From an uncultured Granulosicoccaceae bacterium (GTDB lineage Bacteria; Pseudomonadota; Gammaproteobacteria; Granulosicoccales; Granulosicoccaceae): DNA of 64,000 bases. The position numbers and the translations under genes are program-made. Shown piece by piece: positions 18,182 through 28,270 of this stretch. The stretch's first letter is position 1. Each line of letters opens with the position of its first letter. The notes beneath the pieces were generated by a model. That model was not told the origin of the DNA, did no database searches, and worked only from the letters and a program-made list of their open reading frames with translations. The stretch spans positions 14,722-78,721 of the forward strand of contig CALJAA010000006.1 in NCBI GenBank assembly GCA_938028465.1, given 5' to 3'.

Positions 18182-19354
18182 ATGTTAGATAAGCAGCCAG
18201 ATCAGTGGTCCGCCAAGCAACACAGGCGGAGCATCATGGTCATTTGTGGTACACGACCGGAGGCAATTAAACTAGCGCCGCTAATCACTAGGCTTAGGGC
18301 AACCCCAGAATTTAATGTCAGCCTGTGCTCGACCGGGCAACACAGAGAAATGCTGCATCAAGTGTTTGAGCTTTTTCAGCTTACCCCCGATTTCGATCTC
18401 GACCTTATGCAGGATAGTCAGACACTCGCCGATGTGACAACCAGTATTCTGTCCGCGCTAGATAAGCTATTCAAACAGCACAAACCCGATCTTGTTATTG
18501 TGCATGGCGACACCAATACGACGATGTCGGCATCACTAGCAGCGTTTTATAACGGTATAAAGATCGCTCATGTAGAAGCTGGCTTGCGCACTGGAAATAT
18601 CCAAAGCCCTTGGCCTGAAGAAGCAAACAGGAAAATCACGTCAGTATTGGCAGACAGAAACTATGCGCCTACTGAGCTCTCACGCGACAACTTACTAAGT
18701 GAGGGCATTGATGCCAAAAAAATAATCATCACCGGTAATACGGTTATCGATGCGCTCAATACCACTATCGAAAAATTAACAAATGACGCCGCATTGCAGG
18801 GGAAGATCGCTGCACGACTTCCGTTGATAGATACTGAAAAGCACTTGGTTCTGGTAACGGGGCATCGTCGAGAAAACTTAGGCGATGGTATTGAATCGTT
18901 ATGTCGGGCATTGGAAGTTCTGGCTAACAGAGATGATGTACAAATCATTTGGCCGGTTCATCTCAACCCAAAAGTGGGGGAGGCGGTGCGTCCGATACTG
19001 GAAAATAAGGCTAGCGTGCATCTTATACCGCCAGTGCAATATTTAGAGTTTGTCTTCCTAATGGAAAAAGCTAAGTTAATCATCACTGACTCTGGTGGTA
19101 TCCAAGAGGAAGCACCGTCGCTGGGCATCCCCGTTTTAGTCACTAGAGATACAACTGAACGGCCTGAAGCGGTGTCCTCGGGCACGGTTAAGCTCGTGGG
19201 TTCGTCCTACCAAACGATACTCTCTGAGGCGACTGCATTATTGGATGATCCGGCACTGCATCGATCAATGAGTGTCGCTCAAAATCCTTATGGGGATGGT
19301 TTGGCTTGTAAGCGAATAGTAGATGACCTACTCATAAACTTAACAGCTGCTTAG
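18182..19354 (+). CDS. wecB: UDP-N-acetylglucosamine 2-epimerase (non-hydrolysing)
   Basis: GTRPEAIK, TGQH, HGDT, HVEAGLR, HRREN, TDSGGIQEEAP, NPYGDG. Confidence 0.96.
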   Translation: MLDKQPDQWSAKQHRRSIMVICGTRPEAIKLAPLITRLRATPEFNVSLCSTGQHREMLHQVFELFQLTPDFDLDLMQDSQTLADVTTSILSALDKLFKQHKPDLVIVHGDTNTTMSASLAAFYNGIKIAHVEAGLRTGNIQSPWPEEANRKITSVLADRNYAPTELSRDNLLSEGIDAKKIIITGNTVIDALNTTIEKLTNDAALQGKIAARLPLIDTEKHLVLVTGHRRENLGDGIESLCRALEVLANRDDVQIIWPVHLNPKVGEAVRPILENKASVHLIPPVQYLEFVFLMEKAKLIITDSGGIQEEAPSLGIPVLVTRDTTERPEAVSSGTVKLVGSSYQTILSEATALLDDPALHRSMSVAQNPYGDGLACKRIVDDLLINLTAA

Positions 19355-20085
19355 TCGTCTTTGTTGTTTAATTGCTTGAGTAGTAACTGCTTGGCAGCAT
19401 TGACCTTAGCTGCCAGATAATTACTTCCACCTTTGTCGGGGTGTAGCTGACGCATCAATACCCGATAAGCCTCTAAAATCATCTTTTTGCTGGCGTCGTT
19501 TTTTACGCCCAAAATATCGCAAGCCTCGCGAATTGATAGATCTTCGTTTTCTTGTGCAGCGCTTGATGATTGCTGGTAGTGGGAGCCTGTCCACTGTTTT
19601 CGCTCTCGACTGATATAGGTTTGTAAGAGCTGCAAAGCATCAGGATCAGATTTTTCGCAGGTTTGATAGAAGTTAAGTAGATCATCATTGTTCAATTCAC
19701 TTAAGCGTCTACCGTTGAAGGGGCCTTGTAAAACTGTTCCGTCTATTTGGCCAGTTTGGCTGTTCATGGTTAATAGCAGGCTATTGGCGCGTAGAGTAGA
19801 GGAGGCCATGCCTGGTATCTCTAAGCCCATATTTTTGGCAATCCACGGCGCGTATTTAATTAATAACGGTGCCGCTCTCATAGCTTGTGTTAGCGCCATG
19901 CCAATTAAGGCAAAAAATGCAGGTGCTCGCATCATCGCTACCATAGCAATCAGCAATAAACCTGCAGCAATTAACGCAAGTTGGATTTTTCCCGCTTTGC
20001 CTTTTTTTAGTAAGTCTTTGGCATAGAGCACGTAGATGAGATACGCGGCTAGGCCAATGGCAATAATTATGAAGAATCGAGTCAT
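19351..20085 (-). CDS. Membrane-anchored J-domain (DnaJ-like) protein
   Basis: N-terminal TM helices; C-terminal LHPDKGGSNYLAAKVNAAK. Confidence 0.88.
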   Translation of the reverse strand: MTRFFIIIAIGLAAYLIYVLYAKDLLKKGKAGKIQLALIAAGLLLIAMVAMMRAPAFFALIGMALTQAMRAAPLLIKYAPWIAKNMGLEIPGMASSTLRANSLLLTMNSQTGQIDGTVLQGPFNGRRLSELNNDDLLNFYQTCEKSDPDALQLLQTYISRERKQWTGSHYQQSSSAAQENEDLSIREACDILGVKNDASKKMILEAYRVLMRQLHPDKGGSNYLAAKVNAAKQLLLKQLNNKDD

Positions 20086-20185
20086 GAATCAGTGGTTTTT
20101 AACGCGAGCCTAAATTGTACCGGATTGTTGGTACTGGCTGGAAATCATGCTTGGATTGAACAATGTGTTCAAGCCGTGGGTGGGA

Positions 20186-21466
20186 TTAATCGAACAGCGC
20201 CGATTGCTCGTCAAATAGTTCGCTGGCAAGTCTACCTTGAGGTGCGACAACATGATCATAAGTTAAAACGGTATCCTTGGGTATGTCCTGCTTCAACGTG
20301 CAGCCTTCTAGCAAGCTCATGGGTACACAATTTTCTTGTTTAAATATTGCATTGTTTTCGGCCATGCCATAAGCATGAAATCCGCCTATGCCGTCCAGCA
20401 CCGTACCGGCCTTCAATTCAGTTTTACTTGCAGCTAACACCTGTACCACTGGGCCGCCAAGTGGTTTTGTCGTGGCGTCAGCAAACAATGCTGCACGCGC
20501 TATTGAATTAGGTGTTTCCAAGTGAGGCAGATGGTACGGCACATAGAAAAGATAGTATGGGCCGTTACCCATTTTTAAATAGTCTGCGTATTGTTGTAAG
20601 ACTGGGTTTTCGTTATAGCCGATAATAAATACGCCGGGGCCGGGCTCAGCGCCGAGTATGTAGTCAACCGATCCTTTCTCTAGTTGTGCTTCGCTAAACA
20701 AATCAACTGCTTCAGTAACATGTTCGCAGCGTGGCCCATGCATTCCTCGAGTATCAACGCCAAAGCCGGTGGCGTTAGCTAGTACGGCAGTTTCCATCGA
20801 AATTTTTGTGCCATCTGCAAAGGATGTAATCATTTTTACACCTTGCTTGTGCTGATCTGCAAAGCCTTGCTGGGTTTGAGGATTACGGTAGCGGTCTTGT
20901 AAGCCCTTAATGTTTCCAGCTAGGCGTGGCTCATACCCAAGCTGTTTCACCCAACGAAATAAATTCATCGTAACACCGGGTTGGTCGCCATCTACGTTAG
21001 TGACTATAACGCCTGCTTGTTGGGCACGGTGTTGTAAGAGGGGGCCACACAGTGCATCGAGTTCTGCATTCATCAAAACAACGTGCTTACCATGGCGAAT
21101 TGCTTCAGTCACTACTGCTGCGCCAAATTCTACTTCGCCAGTGGCTTCAACGATGACATCGATGTTTTCTGCTCGACAAATTGCAAGTGGGTCTGAACAC
21201 ACGGCATAACTGGATTGATCTATCGCTTGTTCGAGTGCTTGTTGTGTTTCAACACAACTAATGTTGTCAATGCCTGCTTGCTTATACGCTTGGTGAGCTT
21301 TTGAATCGGTGCGATTATAAATGGCTGAAAGTCGCATACCATTTTTATACGAATGGATGATCTGGATTGCGAGGCCACGCCCCATATACCCAGCGCCGAT
21401 AAGGCCAACCCGAATAGGCTTGCCTAGATCTTCTCTTTCTTGCAAAGCTTGGTCGACGAGAATCAT
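20186..21466 (-). CDS. NAD(P)-dependent oxidoreductase, homoserine-dehydrogenase-like with C-terminal SAF domain (COG4091 type)
   Basis: GLIGAGYMG, DGDQPG, SFADGTK, PYHLPHLE, LDGIGG SAF domain. Confidence 0.88.
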   Translation of the reverse strand: MILVDQALQEREDLGKPIRVGLIGAGYMGRGLAIQIIHSYKNGMRLSAIYNRTDSKAHQAYKQAGIDNISCVETQQALEQAIDQSSYAVCSDPLAICRAENIDVIVEATGEVEFGAAVVTEAIRHGKHVVLMNAELDALCGPLLQHRAQQAGVIVTNVDGDQPGVTMNLFRWVKQLGYEPRLAGNIKGLQDRYRNPQTQQGFADQHKQGVKMITSFADGTKISMETAVLANATGFGVDTRGMHGPRCEHVTEAVDLFSEAQLEKGSVDYILGAEPGPGVFIIGYNENPVLQQYADYLKMGNGPYYLFYVPYHLPHLETPNSIARAALFADATTKPLGGPVVQVLAASKTELKAGTVLDGIGGFHAYGMAENNAIFKQENCVPMSLLEGCTLKQDIPKDTVLTYDHVVAPQGRLASELFDEQSALFD

Positions 21467-21489
21467 AATTCAGTAGCCAGTTGTCGAGA

Positions 21490-22902
21490 TTATGCGGCTG
21501 AAGCAACGTTACTATCAGGCTTGTTTGATTTGTCGTCGTCTGGCCCATTGTTTTGGGTTTGCGGTCCTAAACCAATACCGCGATAGTGCTGAAAATCACC
21601 AGCGGTTAATACTCGCCTTCCATCTACCACTAATGGTTGTCTTTTTTGCGCATTCAGTACATCGGCTAGGGCAAGAAATTCATCCCACGCCGTGACTAAC
21701 AATATTGCATCTGCTTGTTTGGTCGCCTCGTTTAAATTCTTGGCAATTGAGATGTTAGAGGACGAGGGAACTTCGCTGGGTAGGGTAGTGACGATAGGAT
21801 CGTATACTACAACTTGAGCATCGTTTTTAAGCAATTGTTGAATCACAGCAATGGCAGGTGATTCGCGAGTATCATCGGTGCCGGGTTTGAAAGCTAAGCC
21901 CAACACGGCAACAGTTTTGCCTTGAAGTTCGGGCATAGAATCAGTCAGAAGCGCAACAAATTGCTCGGGTTGTAGCTTGTTGGTGTTGATCACTGCGTCT
22001 AACACAGAAGGCTTGACGCCTTGTTGCTGCGAGAACTTTCTAAGTGCATTCACATCTTTAGGAAAGCAACTGCCGCCAAAACCGCAACCCGCTGCTAGGT
22101 AGCTGGTAATGTCAGGCGTCACGCGCTCACCGTTCGGCATGATTGGCGATAGTCGTTTGTCCAGGCACACTCCAGCTAATACTGACGTCACATCAGTATC
22201 AGGAAGCTCACTGCAGAGATTGCCGATTTCATTTGAAAACGAAATAAGCGTAGCGAGTAAGGAATTACTCGCATACTTAATCATTTCGGCAGTTGTGTTG
22301 TTTACTCTAACTTTATCGGTATCAGCAAAGCAGTCGTAAATTTGCGTTAACTTATTTTGCGCTCTGGCATCGTTTCCGCCAAGCACAATACGGTCAGGAG
22401 TCATGAAGTCTTCTACGGCAGTGCCTTCTCTTAAAAATTCAGGGTTCATTCCTAAACCGAAATCAGTACCCAGTTTTTTACCCGATGTTTGCTCAAGCAG
22501 TGAGGCGACGGTATTGTCTGTGGTGCCTGGCACGACAGTACTTTTGACCACCACCAAATGATAGGCGCTAGTTTTTTTCAATGCTCTGCCGATATCTTTA
22601 GCCGCTTGTTCAATTTGTGTCAGGTCAATACTGGTGCCGTCAAATGGCGTGCCGACGGCGATAAAGGTGGCATCACTGATAGTTACTGCGTCTTCAATGG
22701 TGTCTGTGGCTTTGAGGGTTTTACCAACTGTTTTTGCTAATAGCTCGGGCAGGCCTGCCTCAAAAATTGGGCAATTGCCCTGATTAATAGATTGTACTTT
22801 GCCAAGATCAGATTCAACGATCACAATGTCGTGGCCATGCGCTGCTAAGCAAGCTCCGCTCACTAATCCTACATAGCCACCACCAACGATAGCAATACGC
22901 AT
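21490..22902 (-). CDS. UDP-glucose/GDP-mannose 6-dehydrogenase family protein
   Basis: GGGYVG, KSTVVPGT, PEFLREG, GFGGSCFPKD, FKPGTDD. Confidence 0.93.
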   Translation of the reverse strand: MRIAIVGGGYVGLVSGACLAAHGHDIVIVESDLGKVQSINQGNCPIFEAGLPELLAKTVGKTLKATDTIEDAVTISDATFIAVGTPFDGTSIDLTQIEQAAKDIGRALKKTSAYHLVVVKSTVVPGTTDNTVASLLEQTSGKKLGTDFGLGMNPEFLREGTAVEDFMTPDRIVLGGNDARAQNKLTQIYDCFADTDKVRVNNTTAEMIKYASNSLLATLISFSNEIGNLCSELPDTDVTSVLAGVCLDKRLSPIMPNGERVTPDITSYLAAGCGFGGSCFPKDVNALRKFSQQQGVKPSVLDAVINTNKLQPEQFVALLTDSMPELQGKTVAVLGLAFKPGTDDTRESPAIAVIQQLLKNDAQVVVYDPIVTTLPSEVPSSSNISIAKNLNEATKQADAILLVTAWDEFLALADVLNAQKRQPLVVDGRRVLTAGDFQHYRGIGLGPQTQNNGPDDDKSNKPDSNVASAA

Positions 22903-24051
22903 TTATTCTTCCTCAGCGGATTGATTGCCCGCGTACCAAGTTAAAGCGCGAGCAATGCCATCTTCTAGGGAAATTGAAGGTTCGTAGCCTAGTTCGGCTC
23001 TGGCTCGATCGATGTTGGGGCATCGACGATGTGGGTTATCGGTCAAGTAATCGGCGTCCGCGCTGGATGCAAAGCTTAAGTTACCTTTATAGTCCAAAAC
23101 CTCTCGTGCTGCCGCAATGTTGCGCTCTGCAAATTCCCTAATTGATATTTCTGGCTTGTCATTGCCAATGTTGTACGATCTGCCGGGTTTGCCTCTAAAC
23201 AATACTTTGTAGTAACCGATTACGGCATCGGCAATGTAGCAAAAGGTCCGAGTTGGTGAACCATCGGATAACAAAACAACGTCATCGCCGCTCAACACAT
23301 CTCTAGCGACGTCACAGGGTAGGCGTTTATCAGTTAATTTTAGGCCGGGGCCGTAGTTATTGAACGGTCGTACTATGGTGATGGGTAAGTTCAATTGCTG
23401 CGCAAAATTTACGCAAAGTGTTTCACCATAGCGTTTTGACTCGTCGTAGCAAGCACGTGGACCCGTGCAAGATACGCTACCGCGGTATTCTTCAGTAGTG
23501 GGGATATTGTCTTTATCGGGATCACCGTATATTTCACTGGTCGAGAAAAACAGCAGCCCACTGACGGGGTGTTGAGTATCTCGGCGTTCGGCTAAATGAT
23601 CGAGCAGCTGTCGTAACCCATTCACGTTTGCATCCATCACGGCGATTGGGTGTTCACGGTAGTACATAGGCGATGCAATTGAGGCTGCATGGACAATAAA
23701 GTCAGCTGTGAGCATTTCGCTTAATAGAGGTTGGGTAATATCGTGTTGCAAAATGTTCAGTGCACCGTTATCGCTTAAAGCCGTTAGCCACTCTGGCTTA
23801 CCTCGCGCGAACGAGTCGGATACCACGCCAGTGATGGGGGCTAAGCTGGGATTGGCTTTGTTCCATGCTAACAATGACTGAACCATGTAATAACCCAAGA
23901 ACCCAGCGCCTCCTGTGATTAGGATGGTTTTCCCACTGGCCTGTTTGAAGTCCTCAGATAACGATTCAGCGATAAATGTAAGGTCTCGCAAAACAACCTC
24001 ATTCGCTAATTGCTCTGAACTCTCAGTTTGTTTGTATGCTTGCTGTGCCAT
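22903..24051 (-). CDS. NAD-dependent epimerase/dehydratase, UDP-glucuronate decarboxylase-like
   Basis: TGGAGFLG, ASIASP, STSEIYGDP, GPRACYDESKR, FNNYGPG, RRCPNI. Confidence 0.88.
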   Translation of the reverse strand: MAQQAYKQTESSEQLANEVVLRDLTFIAESLSEDFKQASGKTILITGGAGFLGYYMVQSLLAWNKANPSLAPITGVVSDSFARGKPEWLTALSDNGALNILQHDITQPLLSEMLTADFIVHAASIASPMYYREHPIAVMDANVNGLRQLLDHLAERRDTQHPVSGLLFFSTSEIYGDPDKDNIPTTEEYRGSVSCTGPRACYDESKRYGETLCVNFAQQLNLPITIVRPFNNYGPGLKLTDKRLPCDVARDVLSGDDVVLLSDGSPTRTFCYIADAVIGYYKVLFRGKPGRSYNIGNDKPEISIREFAERNIAAAREVLDYKGNLSFASSADADYLTDNPHRRCPNIDRARAELGYEPSISLEDGIARALTWYAGNQSAEEE

Positions 24052-24330
24052 GGTTTATCAAAATTTTGACGGAAAAAACTGTGTTCCTGTACTGCTTAAA
24101 TCGACCTGTTAAAGAGAATAATTAGCGCCAATATCTCGCTAACAAGTACGATCCGGTGATCTGTGAACTCGTTCCGTTTTTTTCAACAGATACCGGCTGA
24201 TCGATTCCGTCGCACCCAATAGATGTGGGCAATTATTAACCAGCTACGTTGGGAAAATTGCTTACTAGTATTTAGCATACGGATTGCGGAAAAAGGTCGG
24301 TATTTTGACCATGCGGTGTTTGTTTACCTA

Positions 24331-24346
24331 TGAGAATCACATCACA
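24331..24346. promoter_or_regulatory. CRP/Clp-family site candidate (1 mismatch)
   Basis: TGAGA-atcaca-TCACA between divergent epimerase operon and manC. Confidence 0.4.
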
Positions 24347-24424
24347 TCTCATTAGATTTGCCAACGGGGATCCAAGGGTCTGCAGTAGAATGGCGTTTCT
24401 AATCGAATAACTTCGTTCGAATAC

Positions 24425-25849
24425 ATGGTTTCCAAACGCATTTATCCAGTGATTCTTTGTGGTGGTTCAGGCACACGGCTTTGGCCATTGTCGAGAAAAC
24501 ACTATCCCAAACAATTTGTTCCGCTCGCCGGTGAGATTTCCTTATTTCAAGCCACCTTGGAGCGCCTGAGCGGCACGCAATACGCCCCCCCAATTGTGGT
24601 CACAGGAAATGATTTTCGATTTATCGTAGCTGAGCAACTCCAGCAACAAGGCGTAGAAGGTGCAACCATTGTGGTTGAGCCCGATGGGCGAAACACAGCG
24701 CCGGCGGTGTTAGCTGCTGCGCTTTGGATACAAAAGCAAGATCCTGACGCCTATCTACTACTATCGCCTGCGGATCATGTTATGCCCGATCATGCCTCGT
24801 TTGGCGCCGCAGTCGATCAAGGGCTTAGCGCTGCGATTGGCGGCGAGCTCGTAACCTTTGGAATAAAACCCGATCGAGCTGAAACTGGCTATGGATGGCT
24901 CGAGCTTGAAACGCCAGATGCCCAGCCCGTTGTAAAGCTAGCCAGCTTCAAAGAAAAACCGAATTTGTCAGATGCACAAAGCATGCTGGCAAGCGGCCGG
25001 CATTTATGGAATGCAGGTATTTTCCTGTTCTCCATCCGTGCGATCCTGCGTGCATTCGAAGTGCATCAACCTAGCATGCTACCACCCGTACAAGCTGCGG
25101 TAGATGGGGCAAAACCTGATCTTGATTTTTTTAGGCTGGATCCAAAAGCTTGGGATGATGTTGAATCGGAATCAATAGATTACGCAATCATGGAGCGTGC
25201 CGATAATGTTTCGGTTGTTCCTTATGATGGACGATGGTCTGATATGGGTGGTTGGGATGCAGTGTGGCGCGAATCGGAACAAGATGAGCACGGCGTAGCG
25301 GCAAATGGACATACCACTGCTATTGATTGCAAAGATTCTCTTTTGCGATCAGAAAGCGATGCGATACAAGTAGTGGGTATTGGCTTAGAAAACACGATTG
25401 TTGTCGCGATGCAGGATGCTGTTTTGGTGGCTGACTCGTCTAATGCTCAGCAAGTTAAAGAGGCAGTCGCTACGCTTAAATTGAACAAGGTGCCGCAAGC
25501 TGAGCGTTTCCCAAAAGATCACCGGCCATGGGGTTGGTTCGAAACTTTAGCGCTTGATGATCGGTACCAAGTTAAAAAAATCGTTGTTAAACCTGGTGGC
25601 ATCCTATCGCTGCAAAGCCATATGCATCGTGCTGAGCATTGGGTTGTTGTTACCGGTACTGCTCGCGTCACTATAGACGAATCCGTTCAGGTGATAACAG
25701 AAAACCAATCAGTCTACATACCATTAGGCTCACATCACCGCATGGAAAACCCGGGCAAATTGCCAATGGTGTTGATCGAAGTGCAGACGGGCTCCTATCT
25801 GGGTGAAGATGACATTATCCGGTATGAGGATCTCTACTCGAGGGATTAG
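24425..25849 (+). CDS. manC: Mannose-1-phosphate guanylyltransferase / mannose-6-phosphate isomerase
   Basis: CGGSGTRLWPLSR, WNAGIF, SIDYAIME, RPWG, SLQSHMHRAEHW cupin. Confidence 0.96.
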   Translation: MVSKRIYPVILCGGSGTRLWPLSRKHYPKQFVPLAGEISLFQATLERLSGTQYAPPIVVTGNDFRFIVAEQLQQQGVEGATIVVEPDGRNTAPAVLAAALWIQKQDPDAYLLLSPADHVMPDHASFGAAVDQGLSAAIGGELVTFGIKPDRAETGYGWLELETPDAQPVVKLASFKEKPNLSDAQSMLASGRHLWNAGIFLFSIRAILRAFEVHQPSMLPPVQAAVDGAKPDLDFFRLDPKAWDDVESESIDYAIMERADNVSVVPYDGRWSDMGGWDAVWRESEQDEHGVAANGHTTAIDCKDSLLRSESDAIQVVGIGLENTIVVAMQDAVLVADSSNAQQVKEAVATLKLNKVPQAERFPKDHRPWGWFETLALDDRYQVKKIVVKPGGILSLQSHMHRAEHWVVVTGTARVTIDESVQVITENQSVYIPLGSHHRMENPGKLPMVLIEVQTGSYLGEDDIIRYEDLYSRD

Positions 25850-25878
25850 TGAATTACCCTTGACCCCAATGATTCTCG

Positions 25879-25894
25879 TGTGAGTGAAGTCACA
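25879..25894. promoter_or_regulatory. CRP/Clp-family site candidate (perfect consensus)
   Basis: TGTGA-gtgaag-TCACA about 250 bp upstream of the IMPase-mtnK-NTase operon. Confidence 0.55.
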
Positions 25895-26147
25895 TTCTTG
25901 GCACCCCTGTTTTTCGTCGATTCGGGCATGACATTGTGCACTGAGTGAAAGCGTTTTGAACCAAGGCTGTACTCCCGCCACTGTGATATCTCGCCTGTCA
26001 GTCAGGCAGTATCAGATCTAGCGATATTGCTTGCTAATCGGAGTGTGATCCACGGCAATATTACCAATTAAATACCTTGGTTTAGCTATCAAGGGCGTAT
26101 CGCAGGCGGTACAATGACGGTTCAACCGTGAAAATATATGGAATTCT

Positions 26148-26990
26148 GTGCAATATTTCGCTGACACTGCTGTAAAAGCGGCAACTCTCGCTGGCCAGGC
26201 TTTGGCTAACAATTTTCGCAAACACCATGCCTCGGTTTATGGTGCGGAAATCCTTTCGGTGGGTAGTAGAACACTCTCGAAAGAGGTTACTTCGTCAAAT
26301 GATCATGAAGCCGACAAGCTAATTATTGAAGTGTTAAGCGAACACTGTCCCTCACACAATTTACTAACCGAAGAAACGGGTTTAGTTGACAATGGAAGCC
26401 CGTACACGTGGATTATCGATCCGCTCGACGGCAGCAGTAACTTTTTAAACCACAATCCGTTCTTTGCAGTATCGATTTGCCTCGCTTACAACAACGAGCC
26501 CATTACTGGCGTCATTTTGGCTCCTTTCCTCGAAGAAATGGTTGTTGCTCGAAAGGGTCAGGGTTGTACATTGAATGGTCGACGAGTAACCGTATCCGCT
26601 ACATCCGAATTACCCAAAACCTATGTTGTTGGTTGCCCTGGTGGCGAAAAAAATAATATTCGATTTTCTAAAATGGAATATGCCCTGCATCAGCAGATCA
26701 AAGACTTTAGAAAGATTGGTTCGGCGGCTGTAGAGTGTTACATGGTGGCCGCCGGTCGCGTTGACGGTTTTACCACACTCAACATTTCTTCATGGGACGT
26801 AGCTGCTGGAGTGCTTGCTGCGCAAGAGGCTGGCGGTAAGGTCAGTGATTTTAATGGGAATCCCTGGACGCTTGATCAAACCGATTTACTTGTTTCCAAT
26901 GGGTTAGTGCATGATGAAATTCTCAGCGAACTCAAAGGTGCCGGAGTCGTTAAACCTCAGCGTTTTGTGGCAGAGCACGAGATGGTGTAA
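26148..26990 (+). CDS. Inositol monophosphatase-family phosphatase
   Basis: LTEE, WIIDPLDGSSNF, GSAA, WDVAAG. Confidence 0.92.
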   Translation: MQYFADTAVKAATLAGQALANNFRKHHASVYGAEILSVGSRTLSKEVTSSNDHEADKLIIEVLSEHCPSHNLLTEETGLVDNGSPYTWIIDPLDGSSNFLNHNPFFAVSICLAYNNEPITGVILAPFLEEMVVARKGQGCTLNGRRVTVSATSELPKTYVVGCPGGEKNNIRFSKMEYALHQQIKDFRKIGSAAVECYMVAAGRVDGFTTLNISSWDVAAGVLAAQEAGGKVSDFNGNPWTLDQTDLLVSNGLVHDEILSELKGAGVVKPQRFVAEHEMV

Positions 26991-26993
26991 TTG

Positions 26994-28262
26994 ATGAATG
27001 ATGCTGGACAGTCTGACGCTGAATACCAAATACTAGAACGCTCATCGATACCTGCCTATCTTGCCGATATCCCGGCTGTTGCGGCCATTCTAGGTAAGGG
27101 TGAAGAGTTAGATATTCAAGAAATAGGTGATGGCAACTTAAATTTCGTTTTTCGCGTAAGTAGTAAAGCGGATGCTTCGAAATCTGTCATTGTCAAACAA
27201 GCCGTTCCGTATCTACGTATGGCCGGCGAGGCTTGGCCTTTAGGCCGTGATCGCATGCGCTTCGAAATCAGAGCGTTTTCGGCATATAACGATCTGGTTC
27301 CTCACCTTGTTCCCAAAATCTATCATGCCGATGAGGAAATGAGTACGGTTGTTATGCAGTGCCTAGATGATCACATCATATTGCGTATAGGTATGATTGA
27401 AGGTATCCGCTATCCTCTTGTGGCTCAGCACATTGGAGAATTCATGGCCGAGACGCTGTTTAAAACCAGTGCTTGGTCGATGGGTAGTATTGAGCGGCGA
27501 GAATTAATGCATCAGTTCACCTTAAACACAGAGCTATGCAAACTAACCGAAGACTTCATTTTTACATTCCCCTATTTTGCGCATGACTCAAACTACTCGA
27601 ATGCCGCGACAGATCAGTGGGCGAAAGAAAACATTCACACGGACTACCAATACAAGCGGGATGTGCTTGCTTTTAAAGAGCTGTTTGTTTCAAAATCGGA
27701 AGCGCTACTGCATGGGGATTTGCACAGTGGCTCGATAATGGTTAATCAAGATGAAAGCTATATTATTGATCCTGAATTCGCTTTCTTCGGCCCTATCAGT
27801 TTTGAAGTGGGTAAGGTCATTTCAAATTTTTTACTCAGTTGTACATCTCACTACCATCGTTCTGGTGGAGCCGATTACCGTCAGTGGCTTCTCGAACAAG
27901 TTTCGCTCATTTGGAAAACGTTCGATTCTCGATTCGTCGAACAGTGGGAACAGGCTGGTGAGTCAACTATGCTTAGTGACGGTATGTTTTCCAAAGAAGA
28001 TTTAGCCAAATTTCGCGATGGCTTCATGGTTAATATCCTACAAGATGCAGCAGGTTTCGCTGCCTGTTCAATGGCTCGTCGTACGGTCGGGATCGCAGGT
28101 GTGGCGGATATTCGTGATATCGAAGACCTTGAAATTAGGTCCGCACTTGAAATAGCTAATTTAAAGCTCAGCAAACTGTTGATGTCGGAGCGCAAGAAGC
28201 TTACGACAATCGATGAGTTGCTGACGCTAGTCCACAAATTTTACTCTAACCCCATCCTTTAG
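26994..28262 (+). CDS. mtnK: S-methyl-5-thioribose kinase family (MtnK/DrdK)
   Basis: EIGDGNLNFVF, KQAVPYLR...WPL, LHGDLHSGS, DPEFAFFGP, RRTVGIAGVADI. Confidence 0.88.
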   Translation: MNDAGQSDAEYQILERSSIPAYLADIPAVAAILGKGEELDIQEIGDGNLNFVFRVSSKADASKSVIVKQAVPYLRMAGEAWPLGRDRMRFEIRAFSAYNDLVPHLVPKIYHADEEMSTVVMQCLDDHIILRIGMIEGIRYPLVAQHIGEFMAETLFKTSAWSMGSIERRELMHQFTLNTELCKLTEDFIFTFPYFAHDSNYSNAATDQWAKENIHTDYQYKRDVLAFKELFVSKSEALLHGDLHSGSIMVNQDESYIIDPEFAFFGPISFEVGKVISNFLLSCTSHYHRSGGADYRQWLLEQVSLIWKTFDSRFVEQWEQAGESTMLSDGMFSKEDLAKFRDGFMVNILQDAAGFAACSMARRTVGIAGVADIRDIEDLEIRSALEIANLKLSKLLMSERKKLTTIDELLTLVHKFYSNPIL

Positions 28263-28270
28263 GAGTTCCG

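Noticed and set aside
25974-25986. CCCGCCACTGTGA resembling part of a cobalamin riboswitch
   Set aside because: The upstream AGGGAA/GGTG-AA-TCC core and a clear B12 box are absent and downstream genes are not B12-related; an Rfam/Infernal scan would settle it
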